DNA of 64,000 nucleotides. It comes from Eledone cirrhosa. Lineage: Eukaryota. Location: NCBI GenBank assembly GCA_964016885.1, contig OZ024744.1, forward strand, positions 42,408,001-42,472,000. The letters run 5' to 3'. Within the stretch, counting starts at the first letter, position 1. Every line of letters starts with the position of its first letter. The position numbers and the translations under genes are program-made. The notes under the pieces are model-generated. The model made no database searches. It was given only the letters and a program-made list of their open reading frames with translations, and had not been told where the DNA came from. Of the stretch, positions 39,715 to 59,807 are shown in pieces.

Positions 39715-39895
39715 TTTTGGCACAAGGCCAGCAATTACCCAGTGCATTACTGGTACTTTATTTTATCGACCCCGTAAGGATGAAAGGCAAAGTTAACCTC
39801 GGCGGGATTTGAACTCAGATCATAAAGGGACGTACCTCTATGCTTCAAAGCATGGTGTCCGACTCTCTACCGATACTGCCAATCCACCGCCCTTG
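39715..39895 (-). mobile_element. tRNA-derived SINE nested in the PLE
   Basis: Reverse complement reads ttggcagtatcggtaga...gagttcaaatcccgccgaggttaactttgcctttcatcc...ggggtcgataaaataaagtaccag. Confidence 0.8.
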
Positions 39896-42729
39896 AAAAC
39901 AAATTTTGACAGTAACACAGAGGTAAAGGACGGTAATGGGATTGAAAGAAGAAGGGAGACTATCGACACTGACAGAGAAAATAACCAGGACGAACACACA
40001 GACACACAAAATAGAGTAGATAATAACAATGAGCCAGAGAAAAGAGACAGTAGTAATAAGGAGAGACATAGAAACAACCATGAGGCTGTTGGTGGAAATA
40101 GAAATAGAAATAGAAACAACAATACAACTAACAATAGCAATAGAACACACACGCAGCAGTCTGAAATTCTGCTTTTTATAACCCTTCCGGTATGTCCTTC
40201 GATTTAGGACGAGTCCACGACTTTAGCATTTAACAAACACACGCAATTGCCGTCGCAGGTCGATGAACAAACAGAAGCACAATTTAATATAGCTAGATCT
40301 AAACTTAGAAATATTATAGAACAGTATAGCAAAAAGCAAAATAGAATGGAGACCCAGCAACTGGGAGAAAAATCTGCAAATGGCTTGTGTAAGCTCATGC
40401 AACACTCACGTAATGGAGAGATTGTATGCTTTCCAACAGACAAGTCTGGCAGAATGTCGGTTGACAGTCTGTCAAACTACATCCAGGCAATGCAACCCCA
40501 CATCACTAACACAAGAGAAGTAACACCACAAGAGCATGAGGATAAGGAGAAAACCGTCAACGCTCATATGATGATGTGAACAAACATAATGCAGCCCAAT
40601 AAAAGGACTGCCAACAAATTCCAGGTCTGGAACAATGACGTGCCAGCGTTGTATGGGCTTCGAAAAGACCATAAGACGAACAGTGACCCAGTCACAGGTC
40701 CACCAACACGGCCAGTCTGTGGGGCTAACATTGTTAGTAACTACAGACTTTCCTACTTCCTCTCCCAGATCGTACGCCCCATCATTGAAATGTCCCCGGA
40801 TATATGTGACAGCACGGAGGAGCTCCTCAGCAGAATCAGCGAAAATAACCGATCTAGGGACCTAACAGACTGTATAATAGGTAGTATGGATGTAGAGTGC
40901 CTATACCCATTCATTGACGTGGATTTTGCTGTGGAGAAATGCGTAGAAATGATCAGTGAGAGCAATGTTGAATTCCGTGGGATTGATACCAGTGAGCTGG
41001 AACTCCTACTTAAACTTACCTATTGTAATAATTATCTAGATACATATGGCCTTAGCAACCTGTGCCCTACAAGACTAGCAAGAGGCAGACCACCTACCAT
41101 TACTTCAATGGCCAAGAAAACGCACACAGATAGATGGAACGGGTGGACCAGAGCCATACGGACCCCCGAAAACCATAATGAACTAAAAAAATGATTGCAC
41201 ATGCGGTGGGGGCCAGTATAAAACTAACCCTTAAGGAACATATATTCAAATTTAATGGAAAAACATATGCCCAAGAGGAGGGAGCAGCCATTGGTGTTAG
41301 CATTGCAGGTGACATAGCTAACCTATTCGTGGCATGGTGGGACAATAAACTTAAAGAACAATTACAAGACAGAAACCTCTTAACCCTGTGAATGTACTCT
41401 CGCTACGTTGATGATATAAACATCGTAGTAAAAACAACCCCACTAGAGAACAGTCAGGAATTAGAGAAAAACACAATGGAAAGCATCCAGCAAATAGCTA
41501 ACTCCATCCACCAGAGTATTAGAGTTACTATAGGCTACCCAAGCAAACACCCTAACCATCGATTACCTGTACTAGACACAGAGCTCTGGTTAGAAACCAT
41601 TAATAACAAAACAAATCCTCCATTCCCATTATGCCTAACCCATGACTTCCAAATATCTGATCCACCGAAACTCAGCTGTTTCGGATCACACCAAAATCAA
41701 CATACTGATTGCGGATTTAGTACGGGTGATGAGAAATGTGTCCCGCATGTGCAACCTCAAAGAACTAGAGAGACACATACAACACTTCATCCACCGTGTG
41801 CAGTTCTCTGGTTACAATCAGAGAGATAAAATCAGAGTATATAGAGGAGCCAGAACCAAATGGGAAAAATGGTAAATAATGATACAAATGGGACCTGCCC
41901 CTTGTATAGGAGCAAATTTTGGAATAGAATAGAAAGAACTGGGAATAAGGTTAATAGAATAAACACATAGTATGATAGCAATAAATACCATAATGTAATG
42001 TTCATCAATACAACCCCTAGAGATGAACTAGCTTACAAATTTAGAAGGGCCCTAGATAAACTTAAACTAAATATTAAGATAGTACAAAGACCAGGTACCT
42101 CCATAAAAACACTTATTAGTAATACATACCCTTTTCAAAGACCTCCTTGTATAGATAAGAAATGAATAATCTGTAAACTAAGCCCCCATATTAACTGCAA
42201 AACTCGAAACGTAGTATATAGAATAAGATGTACTGAAGGACAATGTAAAGATAAGAATATAGTGTACATAAGTGAGACAGCTCGTAGTATAGGAGAACGA
42301 TTAAATGAATACTGGCGAGTGCTCCAAGATAGAAAAGAATCATCTGTACTCCACCAACATACTAAAATAGTAAATAAGGGCAAATTAGAGAACATAGAAA
42401 TAAAAATAGAATCTACAGACAGAAAAGACGCAATGTTTAGACAAATCACAGAGGCAATAAACTTAAATGAACTCCAACCAAAATTAAATAGAAAACATGA
42501 ATGGAACAGCAACATCACAACTTACAATTAAGGACAAAATGAAAACACACACACACATCGAACAAACAACCAACTAGTAACATGTAAATAAACAAATAAA
42601 TAAACAAATAAAAACACACACAGACACCCGGATGTAACACATGCGCAAACTAAGCACACAACACACACAGAAACAAGATGGCGTAGGACAGAACAAAGGA
42701 GAGGCACAAAACAAAGAAAATAATCCCCA

Positions 42730-42772
42730 GTCACCGAAGAGGTCACAGAATGTGTGACGAAAGAACTTTGAC
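42730..42772 (+). ncRNA. Hammerhead motif with mutated core in PLE pLTR
   Basis: gtca-CcGAAGA-g-gtcaca/gaatg/tgtgac-GAAA-gaac-TT-tgac. Confidence 0.6.
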
Positions 42773-42921
42773 AATATATGAACAACCGTCCGGTTGTGGA
42801 ACCAACCAACCGGAAATTTATAAATTTTTAAATTTATAATTTAATTTATAATAAATTGGAGTGAAAGCAACTGGTGCGTGTGTTTCTTATTGGCAACATG
42901 ACCCTCCCAAAATATAACAAC

Positions 42922-43021
<100 letters not shown>

Positions 43022-43024
43022 GGG

Positions 43025-43058
<34 letters not shown>

Positions 43059-43204
43059 GACAGACAGAGATACCCTTTCGTTCTTAGTGTTATTCTGGAA
43101 GTGATGTACTAATTTTCAGATAATTAAAGCTCATGTTGGTAACATACACATACCTGGACACACAGACACACACAGACACACATGTATATATATATATATA
43201 TATA

Positions 43205-43408
43205 TATATAAACAAGATAGTATAAAACAGAACAAATGAGAGACACAAAATAAAAAGCTAGTCAATGAGGAGGTCACAGAATATGTGACGAAAGAGCTAT
43301 GACAATATATAAACAACCATCTGGAAATTTATAATGAATTGAAGTGAAAACTAATAGGTACGTTTGTTTTTATTGGCAATATGACCCTCCCAAAGTATAA
43401 CAATATAC
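43205..43408 (+). mobile_element. Solo pLTR fragment of PLE family A with hammerhead motif (43261-43303)
   Basis: gtca-aTGAGGA-g-gtcaca/gaata/tgtgac-GAAA-gagc-TA-tgac; ends atgaccctccaaagtataacaa like 42898-42921. Confidence 0.7.
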
Positions 43409-43409
43409 C

Positions 43410-46400
43410 TGTCAGAGTGCCAACATTAAGTGTGGCCACTCTGAAAGAGAACGAGACGTCGCATCTCAGAGTTGCCACTCTTAATGTTGACACTCTAATA
43501 GGTAGATCTGGTGAGATAGCGGAGATGCTGGAGAGAAGGCATGTGGATGTGTGCTGTATGCAAGAGGTGAGATGGAGAGGTGCCTCTGCAAGACTAATCG
43601 CAGGCAAACATCATAGTTATAAGCTTTTCTGGGTGGGTAATGATGATGTGTTAGGTGGGGTGGGCATATTACTGGCTGAGAGGTCGATCAATAAGACAAT
43701 AGAGGTAGTTAGAGTTAGTAATAGAATAATTAAGTTTAGATTAGTTGTAGGCAAGAGACTACTGACAATCATCTCTGCCTATGCTCCCCAGGCAGGCCTA
43801 GGTAAAGAAGAGAAAGACTGCTTTTACGAGCAACTATTACAAAGAGCCTCAATGACAGAGGACAGAGACATCGTTATGCTAGCCGGGGACTTCAATGGAC
43901 ATATTGGACAGCAACAGGATGGATACACTGGGGTACATGGAGGGCACGGCTACGGCTCAAGAAATGAAGGAGTGAGGCTTCTTGAATTTTGTGATGCAAA
44001 TTCACTAACCATTTACAACACTAACTTCAAGAAGCCTACCAACCACCTAATAACCTACAAATCAGGCGAGCACATAATCCAGATTGACATCCTGCTAGTT
44101 AGACAGCGAGACAGACAGATGGTGTCAAATACTAAGGCATACCCCGGGGAAGAATGTACACCATAGCATAGGTTAGTCGTTAGTGACATCTCAGTAAGCA
44201 AGAGAAAGAATGAGTCATACAGGAAGGTGTGGAAAAGAAAGGTCTGGAAACTAAAAGACCTTTCATTAAAATATAAATTTAGCAAAGCCCTTCAAGACAT
44301 GTATGACGAAAAAGAAGACGATTTAGAGTTGTATGACATAGATGATAACTGGAATTTCTTACGCGACAACTTACTGCAGACTACTGAAGAAAATTGTGGT
44401 TGGGGCAGAGCTTCAACCAGACAGAGAGTGCTCTGGTGGTGGAACAGCACGGTAGATAGGGCCATTAGAGACAAAAGACTGGCATGGAAGGCTTGGGAAA
44501 ATGGTGGGAGTAGAGAAGGATACACAGCCGCTAAGAGAGAAGCTAGACGTCAGGTGTACTTAGCACACAGGGAGGCTGAGCGTAGGAGGTTTGCCAATCT
44601 TCTACGACGGGAAGATCAGAAACGTGCGGTGTTCTGCATTGCAAGGCAGTGTGTCAGTGCATATCAGGGTGTTGTTGGAGATAAGAGTGTCCGGAATGAT
44701 GCCGGTGTACTTAGTGTCACGAATGATTAAAAGAACGAGGCCTGGAAATGTAATTATGCAAGACTGATGAATGTGGAGAACGAATGGAACAGAGAGAAAT
44801 TACCCCCAGTAGACCCGACAGAGGGACCAGCTATTGAGATTGACGAATATAGGGTACAAGAGGCGATTAAGGAAATGAAAAATGGTAAGGCTGCTGGGTT
44901 GTCGGGGATAGTTGCTGAGATACTGAAGGCATCAGGAGAAGTAGGCACTAAACTAGTTGCACGCATCATTAATAAGGCTATATATGGTGCAGCAGTATTC
45001 ACATAAATTGCTACAAAAGTAAAGGGGATGCTCTAGAGAGGAGCAATTATAGGGGCATAAATTGATGGATCAGGTTATGAAAGTGGCAGAGAGAATATTT
45101 AACGCAACTGATTAGAGAAAGGATTATACTTAGCTTTTGTTAAGACCTAGAGAAGGCCTTTGATAGGGTAACCCAATCTGTTATCTGGTGGTTCCTAAGG
45201 AAACTAGGTGTAGAGGAATGGCTTGTGAGGACAGTGCAAGCTATGTACAGGGGTGGTGTCAGTAAAGTGAGAATAGGAATGGAGTTTAGTGAGGAATTCC
45301 AGATAAAAGTAGGTGTACATCAGGGTTCGGTCTTCAGCCCGCTCTTGTTCATTATAGTCCTCCAATCCATAACAGAGGAGTTTAAGACTGGCTGCCCATG
45401 GGAACTTCTCTATGCTGATGATCTGTTTCTTATAGCACAATCGGTAGAGGAGCTAGAGAATAAATTCTGACTATGGAAACAGCAGTTGGAAGCAAGAGGA
45501 CTGAGAGTGAACATAGCTAAGACAAAAGTGTTGATAAGTAGAAGAGAGGACAATACTCTGATTCCATCAGGGAAATGGCCATGTTCGATATGTAGGAAAG
45601 GAACTGGCATAAATTTCATAAAATGTACGCAATGCAGATCTTGGGTACACAAGAGATGTAGTGGGATAGCAGGCAAACTATCAGGTAGGGAAAACTACGT
45701 ATGCAGTAGATGTACAGGGAAAGTTGGCAGTAGGAATTGCAGTGATAGACACATTTTTCCAATGCAGGTGGGTTCTATAGAAGTGGTTGATAGCTTCTGG
45801 TACCTACGTGATCAGATTAGCATGGGTGGGGGTGTTACGAGGCCATAGTATCTAGAATAAGGACTGGTTGGAAGAAGTTTAGGGAGCTGCTTCCTCTGTT
45901 GACAAAGAAGGGTTTCTCCCTGCGTACGAAAGAACGGTTATAGGATGCCTGTGTGAGATGCGCGATGCTGCATGGTAGTGAGACATGGGCAGCAACTGCA
46001 GAAGATAATGGAGAGAAATGAAGAAAGTATACTCCGGTGGATGTGCAATGTCAATGTGCCTGAACGACTGAGCATAGACGAGTTCAGAAAGAAATTGGTT
46101 ATAAGAGTGATAAGTTGTGGAGTGCAGGAGAGAAAGCTGAGATGGTATGAGCATGTGATGCGCATGGAGAATGGCCGCTGGGTAAATAAATGCCAAGAAA
46201 TCCCTGTAGAAGGAAGACACAGTAGATGAAGACCACGAAAAACATGGGCGGAGGTGGTGAGAGCAGACCTCAGATCACTGAAACTCACGGTGGAGATGAC
46301 GAAGGACCGTGACGAGTGGAGAGATGTTGTGCTGAATAGGACCCGTCCAACCCTTGCAAGCAGGGAAAAGCGGACGTAAAATGATGATATTGATGATGAT

Positions 46401-46412
46401 GATGATGATGAT
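43410..46412 (+). mobile_element. Near full-length RTE-clade LINE (APE, RT with PHD insert), decayed, (GAT)n tail
   Basis: LRVATLNV, CCMQEVRW, SAYAPQAG, AGDFNGHIG, QIDILLV (APE); GKAAGLSG, HQGSVFSP, LLYADDL, KWPCSICRKG...WVHKRCS...CSRC, LRWYEHV. Confidence 0.9.
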
Positions 46413-46425
46413 GTGTGTGTGTGTC

Positions 46426-46507
<82 letters not shown>

Positions 46508-46828
46508 CTGTGTTTCTGTGTGTGTGTCTGTGTCTGTTTGTGTGTTTGTTTGTTTGTTGCTTTGACCACAACAATACCTTTGCTCATTTAAATACAAAGA
46601 ACAGCCAGCCCATTACCATGCTATATAAATATTGCTTTCTTCTGACCACCAATAGGGACAGACTGCCTCTCTTTTTTTCCGTTCTCTTTGTCTGGTCCTT
46701 TTTTTCTTTGCTTTTTTTTTCATTTTTTTTTCTTTCGATATTTGATACGGTCTTAGAACTTTTAACACTTATCTAAAAGTAGATTTTACATCGGTTACCA
46801 CTTCCTTTTTCTCTCTTCAGTCCCTGCT

Positions 46829-46948
<120 letters not shown>

Positions 46949-47062
46949 CCTCTTTCACCTTCGTTCACCTCCTCCTGTCACTACCCACTCCTTTTCATGC
47001 CAATACCCTTATCGTGGTCACAGCCATTTCTGCGCTTGGATGTGCCATTGCTCACTCCATAC

Positions 47063-47236
47063 CAGTGGTTCCCAAAGTGGGTTCCGCAGAATCCAAGGGT
47101 TCCGTGGAACCCAAGGGTTCTGCAAAGGAGTATCTGGGGTTCTGTAAAAAAAAGGTAGAGGGGTATATTTATATTACAACTATATAACAGTATTAGACTT
47201 TAGGGTTACGTGTTTGAAAAAGTTTAAGAAACCCTA
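47063..47236. mobile_element. hAT (Charlie/MER5-like) MITE
   Basis: Starts CAGTGGTTCCCAAA, ends tttaagaaacccta; 8-bp flanks ctccatac and ctctatac (7/8 match). Confidence 0.65.
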
Positions 47237-47562
47237 CTCTATACCATTGCGTCTCAGGACTAACGTCCAACCTATTTATTTTTCTCTTCTTGGCTAAGTT
47301 AATTACACACCGTATATTTGTATGTTTATCACTTCGTTTTCAGTTGAAACACACCTGTCTGTAGCACATATTTTGCATTTGTTTGTGTAATTCGTCGAAA
47401 GATACATTTTGATTCCATATTTTGCCTTGCTACTGTTCCGTGTGCACTGGAAAATCAATAGTATATACACCGAAACTGTATGGGTTTCCAGAAGTTGACT
47501 GAAGGGAAGGAGCTGTGTATGTACACAACGGAGAATTATACATATATATATATATATATATA

Positions 47563-47872
47563 CGTGGGAAAGTAAGAAATCGGAGAATAGACCGTTAAAA
47601 CATGTTTATTTAAAACAGCACCTACGTACGTTTCGCCCAGTTGGGCTTCTCAAGGGCATAAATAACCAAAAGTGTTCCTTACATTGCTCGGAAAGAGTTT
47701 TCGTAAAGAGTTTTTGACGTGAATTTAACCCCCAAAACTCTTTCCGGGCAATGTAAGGAACACTTTTGGCTATTTATGCCCTTGAGAAGCCCATCTGGGC
47801 GAAACGTACGTAGATGCTGTTTTAAATAAACATGTTTTAACGGTCTATTCTCCGATTTCTTACTTTCCCGCG
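47563..47872. mobile_element. Fold-back of a PLE-type terminus: two ~139-bp inverted arms, each with an outward-reading hammerhead
   Basis: Arms 47563-47701 and 47734-47872; HHRs at 47618-47657 (-) and 47778-47817 (+), each followed by AATAAA. Confidence 0.8.
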
Positions 47873-48030
47873 TGCTTACGCTCTGCTAACTCTCTAGTCC
47901 ACTAAATATTAACACTTCGAATATTTAATACTGCCGGCACTAGTATCGAGCACCTTTGGCATACGTTACTTGGCAAATAACTATATGTATCACCTATCCT
48001 CCCCTTTTTTTCTCTCTCTCGATACGTAAA

Positions 48031-48094
<64 letters not shown>

Positions 48095-48191
48095 GAATAT
48101 AAGTATGTATACATATATGTATTTACGTATACATACTTATATTTAAGTATCAGCCGTACTAAGAGTGAGAAATGAAATTTCATTTTTTCCA

Positions 48192-48799
48192 TCTACTATA
48201 TAAATTGGAAGTGATCGGACGTTGTATATTTAAGTAAGTAGGTGTAGTCGGATAAACGTGGAAACGGCTTGGTGGAATGCAGCGAAAATTTACACACTTA
48301 TCCAGAATGACCCGAGGAGGCGTTGGCTCGACTTTCAAGCTACAAGCTTCCATGGTTACGGAGAAAATCGATGAAATAGGAATTTCCCATTCAAATTGAA
48401 CTGAGAGTAATCTGTGAACACAGAAGTGAATATTTCGAGAAACGTTGCAACCGAACGAAAACAGGAAGACGATATTTTGGTTCGTGAAGACGTTCCCTGG
48501 CAATGAAGGGGAAAAAAGCGAGGATAATACGTTGTTATGTGGAGAGAGAAGAACAATTTCATGCAAGGACAAGACCAAGTTTATGGTATAAATGGAGTCG
48601 TTAGACTAATATTTTACTTAAAATAACAGAATGATTTCCAGCCCCGGAGTTTAAGAATGATGTAAATAAAATTGAAAACGAAAATGACAGAGGTTATTAA
48701 AATAGTAAAAGTAAATAGTGAAGATTTAGGCCAGTAAATACGTATGCCCCGACGGACATACACATACATACGCACACACAAATACATACACACCCACAA

Positions 48800-48832
<33 letters not shown>

Positions 48833-49306
48833 CACAAACAAACACACACGCTCGCATGCACGCACGCGTATGTATAAACCTTATGCATTTCTACAGTATT
48901 TTCACCAAACTTAAGACATGGGTTACTTATGTACTCCGGATGGTCATGGGCACTTTCATTTTTCCATATATTGATTATAGGGCCTCCCGGCAGATAACCC
49001 CCTTTAACCACTTTCTTGGAGTCGACTGAAGCACTGCAGTGCAATGCAACAAAACGTCATAACTTCTGGCGTTCGCAACCGAATTTCCCAAAACTTGACA
49101 CATGGGCTACCTTTGTCCTACAGATGAATGTGAACTCGCAGAATTGGCACATATTGAGTAAGGGACCCCTGGGGGCATGAACCCCCTTTTGGAAAAAGCC
49201 GATGATTTTGTAAAAGTATAGTTTTTGAAGCAGCACTGAAGTATTGACATAAATGGTATACACAACTGCTATTTAATACCCGAGCAACGCCGGGTACCTC
49301 TGCTAG
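48192..49306 (+). mobile_element. Non-autonomous Helitron-like element
   Basis: A|TCTACTATATAAA at the 5' end; 3' hairpin tacccg-agcaacgc-cgggta then CTAG|T; internal (CA)n. The 5' boundary is less certain. Confidence 0.55.
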
Positions 49307-49416
49307 TATATATATATATATATATATATAAATGTATGAATATATGTATGTATATATATGTGTATGTATGTATATATGTGTATGTATGTATACATGTATA
49401 CATATGTATGTATTTA

Positions 49417-51383
<1,967 letters not shown>

Positions 51384-51489
51384 TATCTATCTATCTATGG
51401 CGGGTAAAATTCCCGAGATCCATGGAAGAGTTCTCTCCAGTGGTCTCTGTCCCTCATTATCGCTGCCATGAGCTGCGTCTCCATGTATA

Positions 51490-51960
51490 TACAACTTTAT
51501 AACTTTGATAAATTTTATAGATTTTGGCCAGTATTGGCCCAGGCCATTTCTAACTTAATAGCACCACCTGGCGAAGTCTTACAAATCAGGGTTTGGATAC
51601 CATGGCCCCCTCGAGCAGAGAGTTATTGTTTACGGAGGCATATCAGGGTGTAGGAGGCTTAGCCGGGATTTCTTGCAGGAATTTGTCCAAAGACTTCTTG
51701 AACTTTATAGGGTCTGGTTCTGTTTTGATGTGTTTTGGTGTAATGTTAAAGAGAGCAGGGCCAATTGAGGTGAAATAATTATGCCGTATTGTTATTATGA
51801 GATGTGAGTGAGATTTTTGTCGTGGGCGGATAGCACAGGGCTCAAGCCTTGGGTGTACATTAAAGGTGATGCCAACATCATTTAGGCAATGCTGATGGAA
51901 TATTTTCCACATCATGCAGATAATGTAGCGCTCACGGCGACGGTGGAGAGAATAAAGGGT
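51490..51960 (-). mobile_element. CR1/L2-group LINE 3' fragment
   Basis: LYSLHRRRERYII..WKI...GPALFNITP...FKKSLDKFLQEIP..P, typical of a post-RT C-terminus; clade call is from memory. Confidence 0.7.
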
Positions 51961-51977
51961 GTATGTATATATACATA

Positions 51978-52047
<70 letters not shown>

Positions 52048-52089
52048 GAGATTTATATATATATATATGTATATATATATAATATATAT

Positions 52090-54961
52090 GTATGGAAAGC
52101 ATGGGGTGGGAAAGTGTAACAGCAATGGTATGCTCCTGCTGCAGATGTGTGAGGAGCTGGATCTGTGTGTTACCAACACCATGTTCCAACAAAAGAACAA
52201 ATTCAAGACCACATGGATGCATCCTGCATCTAAGGAATGGCATCTTTTGGACTACGTCCTAGTCAGGATGCGTGACAGACAGGATGTGCAGTGTGTTCGT
52301 GCTCTTCGTAGAGCTGAGTGCTGGACGGACCACCGCCTGGTACGCGCAAAAGTGAAACTAATCACTAAACGTAAAATCCGGGCTCCTGGTGTTACCCTGC
52401 CCAAAAGATTGAATGCTGCTCGTCTTAAGGATAAAAATGTGAAGAGGACATTGGGAGAAGAGATGCAGGCTGCAGATCTTGGTGAGGATTGGCCGACCCT
52501 TAAAAAGTCGGTTTATGATGTAGGCAGGCGTGTTCTGGGATTGGTGCAGAGGAAACATCAGGACTGGTTTAATGAGAATGATGTACATATAGAAGACTTG
52601 TTGGCTGATAAGAGGCGTGCTCTGTCGCGCTACTTGACGGCAAACCCACAGGAGAGCAATACGTTGCATGAGGAACTCAAGGATGTAAAATCACGTGTTA
52701 GGCGGAGTCTTTCTCATATGAAGGATCAGTGGTGGAGTGAGAAGGCTGATGAGATACAAACTGCGTCAGATTCCAATAACAGAAAGCTGTTGTACAGTCT
52801 CTTGCTTGAGGTTTATGGACCGTCTTCTTCTCTGGTGACACCGCTTCGCAGCAAGGATGGCAAAGAACTTCTTCGTGACTCACAAGGAATTCTACGAAGG
52901 TGGAGAGAGCACTTTCATGAGCTTTTGAATCAGCCGTCTGTCGTCAGTGAAGATTTCCTCAATCTCATTCCAGAAAGTCCTGTGAATGTAGCTCTTGCAG
53001 AACCTCCGACGCTTGTGGAGGTTGCAGTGGCTATCTCGAAGCTGAACAGTGGAAGGTCTCCAGGTATGGATGGCATACATGCTGAGCTCCTACAATATGG
53101 TGGTGAGAGACTCCTGCAACATCTTCACTCTTTGTTTGGCAGGATATGGGCTAATGAATCCGTACCTGAGGACTGGAGAGATGCAGTAATGGTGGTCTTG
53201 TACAAGGGAAAGGGTAACAAGAATGATTGTGGGAACTACAGAGGTATATCATTGCTTTCTGTCGTAGGGAAAGTTTTATGTAGGGCGCTTCTGGACCATC
53301 TGCTGACACACATTGCAGATTGTTTTCTTCCTGAAAGTCAATCTGGTTTTCGTGCTGGACGCGGCACTACTGATATGATCTTCTCAGCTAGACAGATCCA
53401 GAAGTGCATGGAACAAGGTTTGGATCTGTATCAGGTTTTTGTCCATCTGACAAAAGCTTTCGATACTGTTAACAGAGATGCATTATGGAAGGTTCTCCAG
53501 AAACTTGGTTGCCCTGATAAGTTACTTGCTTTAGTTAGGTCTTTCCATGACGACATGAAGGCTTGGGTTAATGTCGGAGGTAACGTGTCGGAGCCTATCT
53601 CAGTAAAAAATGGAATGAAACAGGGGGATATTCAAGCACCGACCCTGTTTGACATATACTTTGCAATGGTTTTCTCTATTGCATTCAGGAATTGCGAGCA
53701 TGGTGCTTACATCCGATATCGAACCTCAGGCAGCATATTTAACATCAGGCGCTTTGCTGCAAAGACAAAAGTATTTACATCAATCATAAGAGACCTCTTG
53801 TATGCAGATGATTGCAATCTTATAGCGCACACAGAGAGTGATATGCAGCACATTTTGAATGAATTTTCTGACGCTTGCACTGCCCAAATATCTATGTGTA
53901 TGGTAAACGACTTGGAGTGGTTGATCAGTTTGTCTACCTGGGAAGCACTGTCGATCGATACAGCAACCTTGACAGTGAAATCTCACTTAGGATTAGGAAA
54001 GCAAGTGATGCTTTCGGAAAGCTAGAAAGGCGCTTCTGGGGTCGGCGAGACACATGCAGGAGGACAAAGGTAAAGGTGTACAGGGCATGTGTGCTCTCTT
54101 GTCTACTTTATGCCTGCGAGACCTGGGTCACATATCGACACCACCTTAATCAATTGGAGCGTTTCCATCAGATGTGTCTCAGACGGATCCATGGCGTTCA
54201 CTGGAGGGACTACATCAGTGATGTCGAGATTTTGGAAAGCTCTATGTGTGACAGTATAGAATCTCTTGTGCTTAAGCAACGACTCCGTTGGAGTGGTCAC
54301 CTTGCCAGGATGAAGGATTCTAGAATACCAAAACAACTCTTTTATGGAGAGTTGGTTAAAGGAAAACAACCACCACATAAACCAAAAAAGAGGTATAAGG
54401 ATTCCTTGAAAGCCTCTTTGAAAGACGCTAACATCTCTGCTGATACATGGGAAAATATTGCTGCTGAACGTAATAAATGGAGAAAGACTGTATATGAGGG
54501 AAAGTTGCCTTTGAAGCATCTCGTATCGCATACGAGAAAGTAAAGCGGGATGTGAGGAAGGGCATTGCTGTTGCACTTCCAGACGGCGAGGGTCCTCCTA
54601 TGGTGCTGACATGCAGCGTCAGTGCGAGACTCTGCCTAAGCAAAGCTGGACTCGAAAGTCATCTTCGCAGTCATAAAGTAAGACCAGTGGTTGACTACCA
54701 GGCTGCTGTTGGAGATGCTACTCATCATGCTTGCCAAACATGTGGTAGAGAATGTAAATCAGCAGGAAGGCTCAAGCGACATGCAAAAGTACACGAACTC
54801 CAACCACAGCCGACTATTCCCAGTGAATGTTTTGGTTGCCGACTCTGTGCAAGACATTTTAGATCATTGGCTGGGCTAAAAAGCCACATTCGATCGCAGC
54901 GCTGTTAATTGCTATCGTGTGTATGTGTGTATATATATGTTTATGTGTGTGCGTGTGTGTG

Positions 54962-54993
<32 letters not shown>

Positions 54994-55160
54994 GTCGTTA
55001 TTATTATTGTTGTTATTATTATTATTATTATTGTTATTAATATATATGTGTGGATATATATATATTTGTGTTTATATATATATGTATGTGTGTATATATA
55101 TATTTCTTTTTTTTTCTCGTGCAATGGCCATACTCGATAACGAGGGGGCAGCCATCATGT
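52090..55160 (+). mobile_element. RTE (BovB-like) LINE, 5'-truncated in the APE, with three C-terminal C2H2-like fingers and a (TA)n tail
   Basis: TWMHPASKEWHLLDY, WTDHRLV, NYRGISLL, PESQSGFR, KAFDTVNR, KQGD, LLYADD, FVYLGS, RLRWSGH; CQTC...LKRHAKVH and similar; frameshift near 53880. Confidence 0.92.
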
Positions 55161-55164
55161 ATAC

Positions 55165-58560
<3,396 letters not shown>

Positions 58561-58646
58561 GTATACTCCAGTCCTACAAACTGTAGAGTGCTTCTTATCC
58601 CATATCTGCATTGCTTTATTGTACTACAATAAAACTCACCTCCTAC

Positions 58647-58713
<67 letters not shown>

Positions 58714-58763
58714 TATATGGAAGGTATATATTAGTTTAACGCTTGATATAGCAGGAAGAGGGT

Positions 58764-58798
58764 CTTAACGTTTCGAACGCTAGTCCTTCATCAGAAGG
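58764..58798 (-). ncRNA. Minimal type I hammerhead ribozyme (isolated PLE pLTR relic)
   Basis: Sense: cctt-CTGATGA-a-ggac/tagc/gttc-GAAA-cg-TT-aag; palindromic AACGTT in place of stem III. Confidence 0.7.
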
Positions 58799-58911
58799 AT
58801 GAATGAAAAATAAAATAGATTGAGGGGACGGGCCGGATGCAATTGGAAAAGATGTCTTTAGACAAAAATAACAGGTCCATTCATGTTGACATCTCTTGCA
58901 AAGTATATATG

Positions 58912-58943
<32 letters not shown>

Positions 58944-58947
<4 letters not shown>

Positions 58948-59241
58948 ATTTACCAAAAAGAAGAACAAGTCAACCTCATTGGATACCATCAGGGTTGCAG
59001 GTGTTATATCAGAGTTTTCCTTCTCCTAGAATTCTGCCTTGACAAAGGTTAAGGAGTCATCACATGGTACCATGCGCCCAGCACTATGTGTCAATAATTG
59101 TCACAAGTGTAGTGTTTGTACCAGAATTGTCAAGTCGCTGGCTGGACTAAAAAGTCACACTCGTTCAGTGCATCGGTAGGGGTTCTCCTACATGGATATA
59201 AAGTAGTGGCCATACTCCAAAACGAGTTGGCAGCCACCATA
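58944..59241 (+). mobile_element. Short RTE-derived element copy with inverted 5' segment
   Basis: 59061-59241 is the sense 3' end; 58944-59060 is antisense relative to the intact copy at 59808-60404. Confidence 0.75.

Positions 59242-59807
<566 letters not shown>

Noticed and set aside
42163-42165. TGA at a conserved Cys in the PLE linker, suggesting selenocysteine as reported for some Naiad PLEs
   Set aside because: The sister copies have TGC/TGT at this site (about 166 and 18604) and this copy has other stops. The Naiad-like copies here have ordinary Cys codons, and their TGA near 32258 replaces Trp.
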